Part shown: positions 44,324 to 54,190 of the stretch, one piece after another
How positions within the stretch are numbered: the first letter of the stretch is position 1
How the letters are laid out: each line of letters opens with the position of its first letter
Origin: Candidatus Bathyarchaeota archaeon
GTDB lineage: Archaea > Thermoproteota > Bathyarchaeia > Bathyarchaeales > Bathycorpusculaceae
Direction: 5' to 3'
NCBI GenBank assembly: GCA_963831865.1
Contig: CAWHSP010000032.1
Location: 1,395 to 65,394, forward strand
DNA length: 64,000 nucleotides
The notes under the pieces: generated by a model
The model's input: only the letters and a program-made list of their open reading frames with translations
Database searches by the model: none
Told to the model about the DNA's origin: nothing
Program-made: the position numbers and the translations under genes

Positions 44324-45721
44324 TCAGAGGTCATATTCTTCTAAGTACACTGGGGCGGTCACTTCCCATCCGCCCTTTGAATGCAGATAATTCTCTAAGC
44401 TCAAGATCGATCCTTCTTCGCCATGAGTCAAGAAAACATGCTTCGGCGGAGCTTTGAAGTTGTTAAGCCAGCGCTGCAAATCATTCATGCCAGCATGCGC
44501 AGATAAACCATTAATGTTCTCGATCCTCATCCGCACGGGATAGGATTGACCGAGAATACTGACGGGGGAAACACCGTCCAAGATTTGTCGTCCCAGTGTT
44601 CCAACCGCTTGGTATCCCACGAAAATAAGTGTGGATTCAGGACGAGTTATCTCTCTGACCAGATGATGCTTAATTCGTCCTCCTGTAATCATCCCCGAGC
44701 CAGCCATAATGATTGTAGAGCCTTTGATTAGGTTGATCGCCTTAGATCCTTCAACAGATTCGACAAGTTTCAATCCTGGAAAGTCAAAGGGGGTTTGACC
44801 ATCCTTGAAGAGTTCCAGAGTTTGTTTGTCAAAATACTTCTTGCTTTGTTCAAAGACCTTCGTGATTTCGACGGCCATAGGGCTATCAAGAAACGTAACA
44901 ATGTAGGGAATTCTTTTTGCTCGCGCTAACAAGCTAATATGGTATAAGAGTTCTTGGGCTCGCTCAATAGCAAAGGTGGGGACGATGACGTTTCCGCCAG
45001 CTTTTACTGTGTCATTGATAGTCTTGCTGAGTTTATCATCAATATCTTGTAGGTTATCGTGATTTCGATCTCCGTATGTGGACTCCATAACCACGTAATC
45101 TGCTCGATCAAATACAGTTGGGTTGCTGAGTAGAGGCGTGTCAAACTGGCCGATATCGCCAGAGAAGATGATGTTTCGCGACCCGTTGTCGTCTTCGAAA
45201 ATGATCTCAATCATGGCCGAGCCAAGGATGTGACCGGCATCGTGGAAACAAACCTTGACTTGATCGTTTAGTGGCAAAAATTCTTCATAGGGAACAGCTT
45301 TCAGGAGCGGAAAACATTTTTCTGCATCTTGGACTGTATATAAAGGGGTTTCTGGAAAAGGTTCCTTTTGTTCTTCGTTATCACGGCGGTTTTTCTCGAA
45401 GGCAGCATCTTCTTCTTGTATTCGGGCAGAATCCAAAATCACTATCGGAAACAACTCTTTAGACGCAGAGGTGAGCAGAATATCTCCGTGAAACCCTTCT
45501 TTAACAAGCTTAGGAATAAGCCCAGCGTGATCTTGGTGAACATGGGTGAGGATGAGATACTGGATCTGGTCTGGAGGAACAGGGAACGCCTCCCAGTTTC
45601 TGTGGGAATAATCCCGTTCCTGAAACATGCCGCAATCCACGAGGATTTTCAATTCGGCAGTTTCGAACATGTAGCTTGATCCTGTCACTTGACGTGTTGC
45701 GCCTAGGAATTTTATTTTCAT
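44324..45721 (-). CDS. MBL-fold beta-CASP ribonuclease (CPSF73/YSH1-like)
   Basis: VTGS, DCGMFQ, THVHQDH, AGHILG, SGDIG, MESTYG, SAHA, THGE. Confidence 0.9.
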   Translation of the reverse strand: MKIKFLGATRQVTGSSYMFETAELKILVDCGMFQERDYSHRNWEAFPVPPDQIQYLILTHVHQDHAGLIPKLVKEGFHGDILLTSASKELFPIVILDSARIQEEDAAFEKNRRDNEEQKEPFPETPLYTVQDAEKCFPLLKAVPYEEFLPLNDQVKVCFHDAGHILGSAMIEIIFEDDNGSRNIIFSGDIGQFDTPLLSNPTVFDRADYVVMESTYGDRNHDNLQDIDDKLSKTINDTVKAGGNVIVPTFAIERAQELLYHISLLARAKRIPYIVTFLDSPMAVEITKVFEQSKKYFDKQTLELFKDGQTPFDFPGLKLVESVEGSKAINLIKGSTIIMAGSGMITGGRIKHHLVREITRPESTLIFVGYQAVGTLGRQILDGVSPVSILGQSYPVRMRIENINGLSAHAGMNDLQRWLNNFKAPPKHVFLTHGEEGSILSLENYLHSKGGWEVTAPVYLEEYDL

Positions 45722-45863
45722 GAATCTTCCCCTGAATTGTAATTTTTCAAGATATTTAGAGTACGTAACTGAGATGACTAGTGAAGCTGAATAAACCTAA
45801 AGAACTTTTTTATAATCATTTTTTCTAAAACCACTTTCGGAACCATTCATCAAACAATCGATA

Positions 45864-46142
45864 TCACTCTTTATGCCACTCCTCTTCATTTGCTTCTTTT
45901 CGTAAGCAATCAACCATTTTCAAGTGATTAGTTATTTCTTTGGAAGCCTCAACCAAGCTAATCCTAACTATATCTATTGGAACACAGAGGTCTTTAACGT
46001 TGATTTTTCCATCTGAGCCTTTAACTTCAACCTCTAGTCGTTTTAGTACATCTAAACCTGTAGCTTCAGCTTTTATTAGTTTTAGAAGTTCTCCTTTATT
46101 GTTGGTTTCTTCCAAGAATTGCACCCACAGAAAACGAGTCAA
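45864..46142 (-). CDS. Hypothetical protein; start uncertain
   Basis: 92-aa ORF; degenerate palindrome near 46157-46179. Confidence 0.45.
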   Translation of the reverse strand: MTRFLWVQFLEETNNKGELLKLIKAEATGLDVLKRLEVEVKGSDGKINVKDLCVPIDIVRISLVEASKEITNHLKMVDCLRKEANEEEWHKE

Positions 46143-46228
46143 TTTCTAATAAAAAGAGTGACTGGAACCTGCAATGACAAGATATCGTTTGAATGTGCTG
46201 ATTTTGTTGGGTTTGAACTTAGTGGTTA

Positions 46229-46412
46229 TTACTCGTGTCCTTTTGTTTCGTGGTGCGTTGTATCTCTGTGTCTCTCCATTTCTGAGTGGGTCTTGAAGGT
46301 TTTTCCGCAGTCTGGACAAGGAATCTGGCTTGGTTCTATTCCACTAATTGGTATCTCTTGGGACTGACGCCGCTCCCGACGTGTGAGGTTGCTGTGTTTC
46401 TTTTTTACGCAT
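46229..46412 (-). CDS. C2H2 zinc-finger protein; probable ATG at 46412 plus a frameshift
   Basis: CPDCGKTFKTHSEMERHRDTTH; palindrome at 46462-46485. Confidence 0.7.
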
Positions 46413-46635
46413 GAGTTACACCTAAACAATCTATTAGCGGGGTCAAGCTTTCTTAAGTATATGTGACTGTGACAAGACGACAACAAAGTCACTCTTATTT
46501 CAAAAATCCAATCTTTGTTGGTTAGAAACAAAACTCAGGAAATCAACAAGCAGAAGACCTAGTAACTTAATTATTTTTCCAAAATGAAATAAACAAGGAG
46601 GAACCTTAAAGAAGAAAGAAGAAATTTGGCGCCTG

Positions 46636-47034
46636 CTACTCCGTAGGTTTACCGTTGTAATCTTCCGGCGAAGTTTCGGCTTCTGCTTTGGTGTGGCGAA
46701 CGACCTTGTCTTGATGCTCTGGTGGTGAATAGATTGTATAGAGTTTGAGCTCCAAGTTTTTGGAGGTGTTGATAACGTTATGCTGCGTTCCCGCAGGCAC
46801 TATGATTGCGTCGCCGTCTTTGACTGTGTGCTCGATCCCGTCAATGAAAACTTTGCCTTCACCTTCTTCGAATCTGAAGAACTGGTCTGTTTCTGTGTGG
46901 GTTTCCAAGCCTATTCCTTCCAAAGGTTTGAGGTTCATCAAAACAAGCTGGCTATACTTGCCTGTGTAAAGCACTCTTCTGAAGTCAGAGTTTTTCCTGG
47001 TCTCTTCTTCGATTGATGTTGAATATCCCTTCAC
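46636..47034 (-). CDS. Cupin domain protein (ManC-like)
   Basis: FRRVLYTG..QLVLM..ETH..DQFF..VPAGTQHN..YSPPEH. Confidence 0.9.
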   Translation of the reverse strand: MKGYSTSIEEETRKNSDFRRVLYTGKYSQLVLMNLKPLEGIGLETHTETDQFFRFEEGEGKVFIDGIEHTVKDGDAIIVPAGTQHNVINTSKNLELKLYTIYSPPEHQDKVVRHTKAEAETSPEDYNGKPTE

Positions 47035-47172
47035 ACTTAATCACCTTCACTAACAGTATTGGAGCTCTCATTTATCAATTTGAGTTTAAGGCCTTAAGAT
47101 TCAGATTTGCCCAATTGAGGATAAAAATAAGTCTTCATCGTTTCTGTAATCTTTCAAAGGCTTTGTTTTTAG

Positions 47173-47499
47173 CTAGCCTTTTCGCCTAATAACTGTGATG
47201 GTGCATCTTGTTGCTAAAGCTGCTATTGCGCCCAAAGCTCCTAGCCAAGGAGCTAATATTGTTCCTACAATGCCAGCCCAAACTGGTATTTCTAAAAGAA
47301 TCTTGCTGTTCTCGTCTTTCACGATGATTCTTGATACGTCGCCCTCATGAATAAGTTCCTTGATTTTCGCTACAAGATCCTCTGAGCGGACAGTAAACTC
47401 CTCTTTTACGCCTACGGGAGCCCCACAATTTGAACAGAATTTGGACCCTTCAGACAGGTCAGCTCCACAACTTTCACACTTAATCATTTTATTCTCCAA
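47173..47499 (-). CDS. Zinc ribbon plus DUF4342 protein
   Basis: CESCG..FCSNCG; LVAKIKELIHEGDVSRIIVK..LLEIPV. Confidence 0.85.
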   Translation of the reverse strand: MENKMIKCESCGADLSEGSKFCSNCGAPVGVKEEFTVRSEDLVAKIKELIHEGDVSRIIVKDENSKILLEIPVWAGIVGTILAPWLGALGAIAALATRCTITVIRRKG

Positions 47500-47614
47500 C
47501 TAAAGCATTAATGTGGTTATTTAATTTCAAGTTTTCTACGATTATTTTTTTAAATAGGGGTGAAAAACGTTTTTGCCTACTCTGTCTAAAACGTTGAGTT
47601 CCCAATCGTTATTC

Positions 47615-47765
47615 TTAGGCTTTTTTCTTAGCCTTTCTTACTTCTTTTTGGACCTTGCCTTTCACTTGTTCTACTTTACCCTTAACCTGCTCGCTCTTAT
47701 CGCCCGTATTTTCCAATTTTACCTTTTGATTTCTCAATTTTACCCCTTGTTTCATTGTTGTTCAT
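47615..47765 (-). CDS. CsbD-family protein, copy 3 (frameshifted or shortened)
   Basis: MNNNETRGKIEKSKGKIGK / TGDKSEQVKGKVEQVKGKVQKEVRKAKKKA. Confidence 0.7.
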
Positions 47766-48026
47766 GAAAAACCACCAAAATACTATTCTCGTAGCAACTA
47801 GTAAACAAAGTGGTACCCTTACGTTTCGAAGGAACTGAACCTAAAAATAATTCAAAAACCCGCATATTCATTTCTAAAGAGACTAAATGGAAAAGGATGG
47901 TGAGTTGTAACTGTTTATTGACAGTCACACACCTTAAAATACAGATGTCCCAACTTAAGTAAAAGAGTTCAGGACCAGAGTATAGCATATTTGGAATTTT
48001 AAATCAGCGATATGAGGTAAGAATAG

Positions 48027-48353
48027 ATGCCAATTGGAAAAGATGAATGGAACAAAGGAAAAAAGAACAGAACAATTGAAGGAAGAATCTTGTCTTTCTT
48101 AAATCAAGATCAATTGTATGCATTCACAGCAGACGAGATAATGGCAAAAATAGGCGATACTATTAAAAAAGTTGGAAAGGGCACAGAAAGTAAAGCGGTT
48201 GATATTGTTCTGGAAGACTATGTGAAGGCTTTGGAGAATCTCTTACAGGAAGGAGCTATTGAGTCAAAGATGATTGAAACTGAAACCTATTATCGCGCTA
48301 CTGAAAATAGAACACTCTCTAATGCAGCACATGAAAATAAGGAGCCACTTTGA
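48027..48353 (+). CDS. Winged-helix-like hypothetical protein
   Basis: ILSFL..AFTADEI..LENLLQEGAIE..YY; palindrome at 47906-47929. Confidence 0.7.
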   Translation: MPIGKDEWNKGKKNRTIEGRILSFLNQDQLYAFTADEIMAKIGDTIKKVGKGTESKAVDIVLEDYVKALENLLQEGAIESKMIETETYYRATENRTLSNAAHENKEPL

Positions 48354-48554
48354 CAACCTATCAAATCATGGTAAACGGGTAATTGCTAAATTTGTAAGAA
48401 ATATCTCCTTTTTTGGATCTTACGTTTTTAATAATGCATATTATAGACTGGGTCCCACAAATCGCGACCAGATCTTGGATGATCAGAAAATCTCCGGATC
48501 TTAGAAAAAATTCTCACAGTCGTTACTCGCATCAACAAGAACTAATAAATTCCA

Positions 48555-48923
48555 ATGAACTGCCCTGCAGATCAGATTATAATAACATGCGCTATCGATC
48601 ATGGCAACTTCACATACAACCGAATGAGGCAGGGCCAGTACACAAATAGAAGCTTCTTCTACGGAACAACAAATCTGAGCACCTATCTTGGGAATGAAGA
48701 CTTTAAGAGAACTCCTGGATTCTGCAGAATACTTGCTAAGGACTTCATCATTCCACCAAATATGTTAAATCAGACTCCTGGAAATTACTTCACAAAAGTA
48801 AGATTACTGCGGTACAATTGGATGCTTAACGACTTGAGGACCTTAGAGCGGTTCAAGAAGCGGTTGAGGGTTAAAACACTTGCCCTTGCCCTCAATTTGG
48901 TCTATGGTACATTCGTTTGGTGA
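48555..48923 (+). pseudogene. Fragment of a hypothetical gene
   Basis: 122-aa ORF whose frame continues upstream past stop codons. Confidence 0.3.
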
Positions 48924-50117
48924 CACATCAGGGGCAGCTCCAAAAACTGAACCCATCTCAATGACCCTGTTGAAGAGATTAACGTACTCTTGAGCTATAT
49001 TTGCCCAAACGAAACGCCTACTGTACTTGTATATTCTTTTTTGCATAGCTTTTCGCACTTTGGCATTTAATAGTTCAATGATACCCTCTGCTAACGAAAT
49101 TGAGTCTTTGAATTTGCAAAATACGCCTCGATTATCAGCTAATATGTCTTGGGCGTGAAAGTATGGTGTGGATACTACCGCTTTTCCAGCCCCCGCAGCA
49201 TATGTAAGTGTGCCACTGCTTATCTGGTAAGGAGAAATATACGGTGTTAAGTAGATGTCTGTAGCTTGCAGATACTTGATTAGTTCGAGTTTAGAAAGGA
49301 ACCTGTTGATAAATCTAACATTCGCCTCTAACCCCAGTTCACTAACTAGCTGTTGTAGACTATTTCTGTACTTTTCACCCTCCTGCTTTATCACTTCAGG
49401 ATGAGTTTGCCCTATTATCAAATATAATATTCTGGGTTCCTTCTTCACAACGTGTGAGAGAGCGCGAATTGCGTACTCTATGCCTTTGCCGCTGCTAATC
49501 AGCCCGAAAGTGGAAGCGACCAGCCGATTTTTCAGACCTAAGGCGATTTTAGCTTGTTCAGTATCTACGAATTCTATGTTTGGGCAACCGTGTGGTATGA
49601 CCTTGATGTTTCTGCAATTTATTCCCTGATTTTTCAGCATTTCAATTGCCGAGTATGAGATAACGACGGTTGAAGCGCTAGCCTCAGTTATACATTTTAA
49701 GACCTCCAAAGCTTTTGGGCTGAAATCAGGCAGAACAGTGTGAAGAGTCGTTACAACCGGCTTTTTGAGGGTCTCGAGAAAGAATTTTATGTATTCACCG
49801 CATTCTCCTCCGAAAAGTCCAAATTCATGCTGAAGATTAACAAGGTCAATATTTGATGAGTTAATGTATTGTGCCGCTTGGATGTAGTTTTCCTTGTATT
49901 CGCGCTTAATTTCAATTTTTACTCTGTCTTCGTAATCGTAAATTGCACCCTTTTGGTTTATCGCCAGAACCGATGGATTAAACCCGCACAATTCTTCAAT
50001 AGTATCTATCAAATCCTTTGTAAAGGTGGCTATTCCGCATTCTCTTGGAGGATAACTACTGAGATAAGCTATCTGTTTGTAGCTACCACTGCCAGATTGA
50101 TTGTTCATTTTGTGCAA
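48843..50117 (-). CDS. GT4-family glycosyltransferase
   Basis: YPPRECGIATF, QHEFGLF, TTLHT, IPHG, FGLI..KGIE, SSGTL, STP. Confidence 0.9.
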   Translation of the reverse strand: MHKMNNQSGSGSYKQIAYLSSYPPRECGIATFTKDLIDTIEELCGFNPSVLAINQKGAIYDYEDRVKIEIKREYKENYIQAAQYINSSNIDLVNLQHEFGLFGGECGEYIKFFLETLKKPVVTTLHTVLPDFSPKALEVLKCITEASASTVVISYSAIEMLKNQGINCRNIKVIPHGCPNIEFVDTEQAKIALGLKNRLVASTFGLISSGKGIEYAIRALSHVVKKEPRILYLIIGQTHPEVIKQEGEKYRNSLQQLVSELGLEANVRFINRFLSKLELIKYLQATDIYLTPYISPYQISSGTLTYAAGAGKAVVSTPYFHAQDILADNRGVFCKFKDSISLAEGIIELLNAKVRKAMQKRIYKYSRRFVWANIAQEYVNLFNRVIEMGSVFGAAPDVSPNECTIDQIEGKGKCFNPQPLLEPL

Positions 50118-50272
50118 TTCGTTTGTTTGTATGTAATCACCCCAAAACTTGCGAAAAAAACCCCAAAAGGGGGTAAAGCTATCTGCTTAACAATTGACAG
50201 TATTTTTCCGATTTCTTGAAAATCTTATTTTGGCTGATTATTGAAGCGTTGAATAGTTGGTTTTAAGTTTTA

Positions 50273-50437
50273 TTAGGCTTTTCTTTTTGCTTTGCCTACT
50301 TCTTCTTGGATTTTTCCTTTGACTTGTTCCACTTTGCCCTTAATCTGTTCACTATCGTCGCCAGTCATTTTGCCTAAACCTTCGCGGACTTTGCCTTTTC
50401 CCTGTTTAATTTTACCTTCAGTTTCGTCTTTGCTCAT
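50273..50437 (-). CDS. CsbD-family stress protein, copy 2
   Basis: MSKDETEGKIKQGKGKVREGLGKMTGDDSEQIKGKVEQVKGKIQEEVGKAKRKA; palindrome at 50482-50505. Confidence 0.88.
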   Translation of the reverse strand: MSKDETEGKIKQGKGKVREGLGKMTGDDSEQIKGKVEQVKGKIQEEVGKAKRKA

Positions 50438-50689
50438 AAAAATTCACTATAAAATAATGTCTTGCGCTTTTATTAAACATCTGTGACTGCTATCAGGCAC
50501 CAACAAGCGATAAGCCATTGCTTTCAAAGAAATAAAAATGGCAATATAGAAAAACTTAGGATAGTGCATACTGGTAGATAATTATCAAACGTGGTGAATG
50601 ACCTAACCTACCTATACAAGTGCGATTTCTTTGTTTACAAAAAAGTTGGGAAGCAGCTTTTGGCGCTGCTATCATATTTTTGGTTGCTG

Positions 50690-50849
50690 TTATACTCTGC
50701 GTCCTGTAAGCAGTCGGTACAAGTATTATGATGACAGCGATGACGAGCAGTACCCAAATGATGGTTCCAAGGTTGAAGATGAAAAAGCCCAGAAGCCACA
50801 GCAAGACAAGAATCACAGCAACGACGAAAAGAAAATCAAGTGCGCCCAT
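50690..50849 (-). CDS. lmo0937/DUF5670-like membrane protein, copy 2; frameshift near the 3' end
   Basis: Paralog of 40599..40757; palindrome at 50897-50920. Confidence 0.82.
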
Positions 50850-51100
50850 TTTGAAAAACCTTACTTACCTTTAACTTGCCAGTCTATTTTAAGATGTGTG
50901 ACTGTCAATAAACAGTAACAGCTTGTTTGCTTCTTTATTTAACTTCTTTTTTTCTCTAAGTAACGTTTTTTCAATCTTGTTTGGACGATAATGACTTACA
51001 TCTGTAGTTGCAGCTTCACAGTCACACACACTTAAACCAACCAATGACTAGCTTATACAGAAGCTTACAGACTAGGCATTAAAAGGAGGGATAGATAAGT

Positions 51101-51391
51101 ATGAAAAGTAAAGAGTATATTGATAAAGATGTTTTTGCAATGGATGAAAAAATTGGCAAAATTAAAGAAATAGAAGTAGATCCACAAGAATACAAAGTAA
51201 CTCATTTTGAAGTCGAATTGGATAAGAACGTAGCTGAATCAGTGCTTGGTGCAAAGAAAGGCGGAGTTCGAAACATGCTAAACGTAGAAGCTTTAGAGAA
51301 AGGAACAGGCATGTGGACAGAGGATGGATTGCACTTAAAAGTTGCAAAAGACAAACTCCACATGTACTTAAGACCAGTAGTTAAAACTTAG
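51101..51391 (+). CDS. PRC-barrel domain protein
   Basis: IDKDVF..EKIGKIKEIEVD..KVTHF; GGAGG RBS; palindrome at 51003-51026. Confidence 0.85.
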   Translation: MKSKEYIDKDVFAMDEKIGKIKEIEVDPQEYKVTHFEVELDKNVAESVLGAKKGGVRNMLNVEALEKGTGMWTEDGLHLKVAKDKLHMYLRPVVKT

Positions 51392-51434
51392 GCTTTCTCA
51401 ATTTTTTAGCGTATTTTAGGAGGTGTAACAAATT

Positions 51435-51632
51435 ATGACAGAACAAAAAATAGACGTCAAGGAACAAATAGAGAAAATGGGCGAGAAGTGGAACGAATTC
51501 CAGAAAACCTGGGTTTCCCACTTCAAAGACATGGAAGTGGATGTATTAGAATGGAACTTTGGTGTTGGAAAAACCGGGGAAGACACTATCTTTGAAATGA
51601 AAGCAAAGGTCGCTGTAAGACAAAAGAAGTAG
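51435..51632 (+). CDS. Hypothetical protein
   Basis: GGAGGTG RBS; 65 aa; likely co-transcribed with the PRC gene. Confidence 0.75.
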   Translation: MTEQKIDVKEQIEKMGEKWNEFQKTWVSHFKDMEVDVLEWNFGVGKTGEDTIFEMKAKVAVRQKK

Positions 51633-51649
51633 TGATCCTTAAAGAACGG

Positions 51650-51757
51650 GGGTGAGTAAAAACATCTTTTCGCTAAGAAACGTTACCGCCCGATCACATT
51701 TTTTCATTAGTGGAGGCTTAGCTGTTTTTGCCATACAACTAATTTTTTGTAGGCACT
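51650..51757 (+). repeat. Non-coding repeat of about 110 bp, copy 2
   Basis: Matches 36836-36944. Confidence 0.7.
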
Positions 51758-51861
51758 CGTATATGAAAACGAGAAAAATAGGATATCCGTTTCATTTGTG
51801 ACTGTTAATACGCAATAGCAAATGTATAATATTGACATTTGGCTGTCTTGTTTGAAGCTCA

Positions 51862-52062
51862 ATGGGTCAATGGGTTATTAGAAAATTAATCGAACTCTCT
51901 CCAAAACAGATCGTTCAGAATTCAGTCCTTCTACCTTTCGAGAAGTGTTCCGCATTTGCACTACTACAAAATGGAGATTGCCTAAATAGCTACCAGACTC
52001 AAGACGCGCTGACAAATTCGAAAGTGACCTTTGATGACATTGGGGATCGCATTGACGGTTAA
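51862..52062 (+). CDS. Hypothetical protein
   Basis: 66 aa; palindrome at 51797-51820 next to TATAATAT. Confidence 0.5.
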   Translation: MGQWVIRKLIELSPKQIVQNSVLLPFEKCSAFALLQNGDCLNSYQTQDALTNSKVTFDDIGDRIDG

Positions 52063-52105
52063 GTTTATGATCAGGTTGCTTTTTTGACGAAGGAGTAATG
52101 ATTAA

Positions 52106-52984
52106 ATGCCCACAATAAAGGAAATTATCGAAGCATTGTTCAATGAGATAAAAGCCTTTTTGAAAGAATACCTAAATGAAACAGGGACTGCTATTAAGAA
52201 ACGCCTCAAAAAGCTTTTAATCACAAGCATAATTTTCAGCGTTTTGACTGCTCTTGGAATTTCATTCATTGGGTCTGCTTCTCTCTTTATCCTCATAGGG
52301 TCGCTGAAGTACCTCATGACTTTGATGCCAGCGTGGAAAGCTTGGTATGTAACAGGCATCTCTTCAGGCGTTATTGGTGCACTGATTCTTTTAGCGCTTC
52401 TCTTAATTATAAGGAAGCAATTGAGATCTTCCCAGCGCCCAGCTACCTCGAAACCAGAGAAAAGCATTGTTGCGGGTACTATGGTAACTAAAGATGCCAA
52501 AATAGAGAGAGTAGATGCTGAAATAGATGAAATATCGCAAAGGATTTTGTTAGAGCTTGAATCTGCAAGTTCCGCAGATTTGTCAGATGCTCGTTATGCT
52601 AAAATGATGTTGCGTTTGTCAGATGTTCATTATGCAAAAGGGGTATTGCAAAAGATAAGCGGTGAAAAATCTGGGGCTGAAAATGAGTTAGAGAAAAGAG
52701 CCGTGATCAAGGTTCTGTTGTTTTCTACGTGGTTGCAGCGACTTTATTTTATTATAAGATCTTTTCTCATGGGGCTCATAAGTGCGGCGGTTACATATCT
52801 CATCGTATGGTATCTTGGTTCAATAAATGTTATTGAAAGTATAATAATCGGCACGTTTGTGTTTGTTTTTTCCCTGGCTATAACAAGATTATTTGATACT
52901 CAAATAACGCAAGTTACAAAAAAGATAGTTGAACTCATGGCTAGTCATAGAGCCATTAGGGATTTTATCATGAAACACTTCTAA
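52106..52984 (+). CDS. Membrane protein with an N-terminal YqjE/holin-like domain
   Basis: Amphipathic N-terminus, two TM pairs, GGAG RBS. Confidence 0.6.
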   Translation: MPTIKEIIEALFNEIKAFLKEYLNETGTAIKKRLKKLLITSIIFSVLTALGISFIGSASLFILIGSLKYLMTLMPAWKAWYVTGISSGVIGALILLALLLIIRKQLRSSQRPATSKPEKSIVAGTMVTKDAKIERVDAEIDEISQRILLELESASSADLSDARYAKMMLRLSDVHYAKGVLQKISGEKSGAENELEKRAVIKVLLFSTWLQRLYFIIRSFLMGLISAAVTYLIVWYLGSINVIESIIIGTFVFVFSLAITRLFDTQITQVTKKIVELMASHRAIRDFIMKHF

Positions 52985-53099
52985 CTTAGAGTGTGTTCAT
53001 CCTGCATTGTCAATGTTAAAGCAATGTGTTCTTTAGCTGGTGGTGTCTCCTCTCTCAATGAATATCTACGGGAAAGTATTGATCTTGAGAGGGCTGATT

Positions 53100-54190
53100 C
53101 TAAGGGTTTAAAGGCGGTGGCTTTCTGTTGGGTGAATTGGAAAAAGGCTTTTTCTGTAATCGGTCAGTTCCAAGAAGCATCACCCAATCTAGGTATGTGC
53201 GAAAATCTCCTGAAAGCACAAGAGACGGCTCTACGTAACAATGCAGATTACAGTTTTGGCAGTTTTGTGTTTCACTCCAGTCAAATTTGGAGATTGCAGT
53301 TTTAATACTGGTTTCTAAAACAGAAACGCTATTTGCATATTCATTCCGAACATAACAGGGCAGAACCAAATGGCCCTCTGGACCAACGTTAACTATCGCC
53401 CAAGGTTTGCAGCTCCATGTTTTCTCTTTTCCAATGACTTTTAAATAGCTGGCTGAATTTACAAGCGGGTACCCCTTTTTTTTCATCTCGACTAGTTTTC
53501 CAGCTATCTCTTTGATTTCTTGACTTTTAGCTGCGGACGCCTTGGCGTAGTAGTAATCATGCGCTGTAGCCACGGATATTTTTACATCCAATTCCTTTGC
53601 CAACTTCACTAAATCTTCAATCTCATAAATATTCTCAGCCATTATCGTAGTGTTGATTGTCACAGAAACTTTGGCTATAGATGCAGTTATGCCTTCTACA
53701 GCTTTTCTAAAACAACCATTAACGCCTCTAATTGTGTCATGAGTTTTTTCTAGACCATCTAATGAAACATAGAGGGCGCCATTGATGTATTGTGCTATTT
53801 CGTCTATTTTGGATTCTAGGAGAGTTCCATTAGTTATGAGGCTTGTGTGCAAAGGCAGAGATTAGAAAAAGCAAGAATTTCGACCAAGTCCTTTCTCAGG
53901 AGCGGTTCTCCGCCTTCAAAGGCAATCGCACAAACACCTGAATCATGAATTTGCCTAAGAATCATTTTTTCTTGCGCTGTACTGGAATCTTTGGCGGACC
54001 TTTTCCAGAAGGGGCACATTTTGCATCGAAGATTGCAGTTGTATGTTAATTTGCGCCCACAAAACATTGGCACCTTAACTCCGAGTAAGTTTGAAAATAG
54101 CCCTCGATAGATACGCAACCCCAACCAGAATGTCTCACGTCTTCGGCGAGTCGTTTTTTCTCCATTCATTGATTTGGAATCCCCTCCCAT
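53100..54190 (-). CDS. Radical SAM/SPASM protein (PTO1314-like); frameshift near 53860
   Basis: CNLRCKMC, GGEPLLR, TNG, SLDG..HD.IRG, C-terminal Cys cluster. Confidence 0.88.

Noticed and set aside
38019-52984. Prophage inferred from holin-like annotations
   Set aside because: No capsid, terminase, portal or lysin genes; these holin-like families are common cellular membrane proteins
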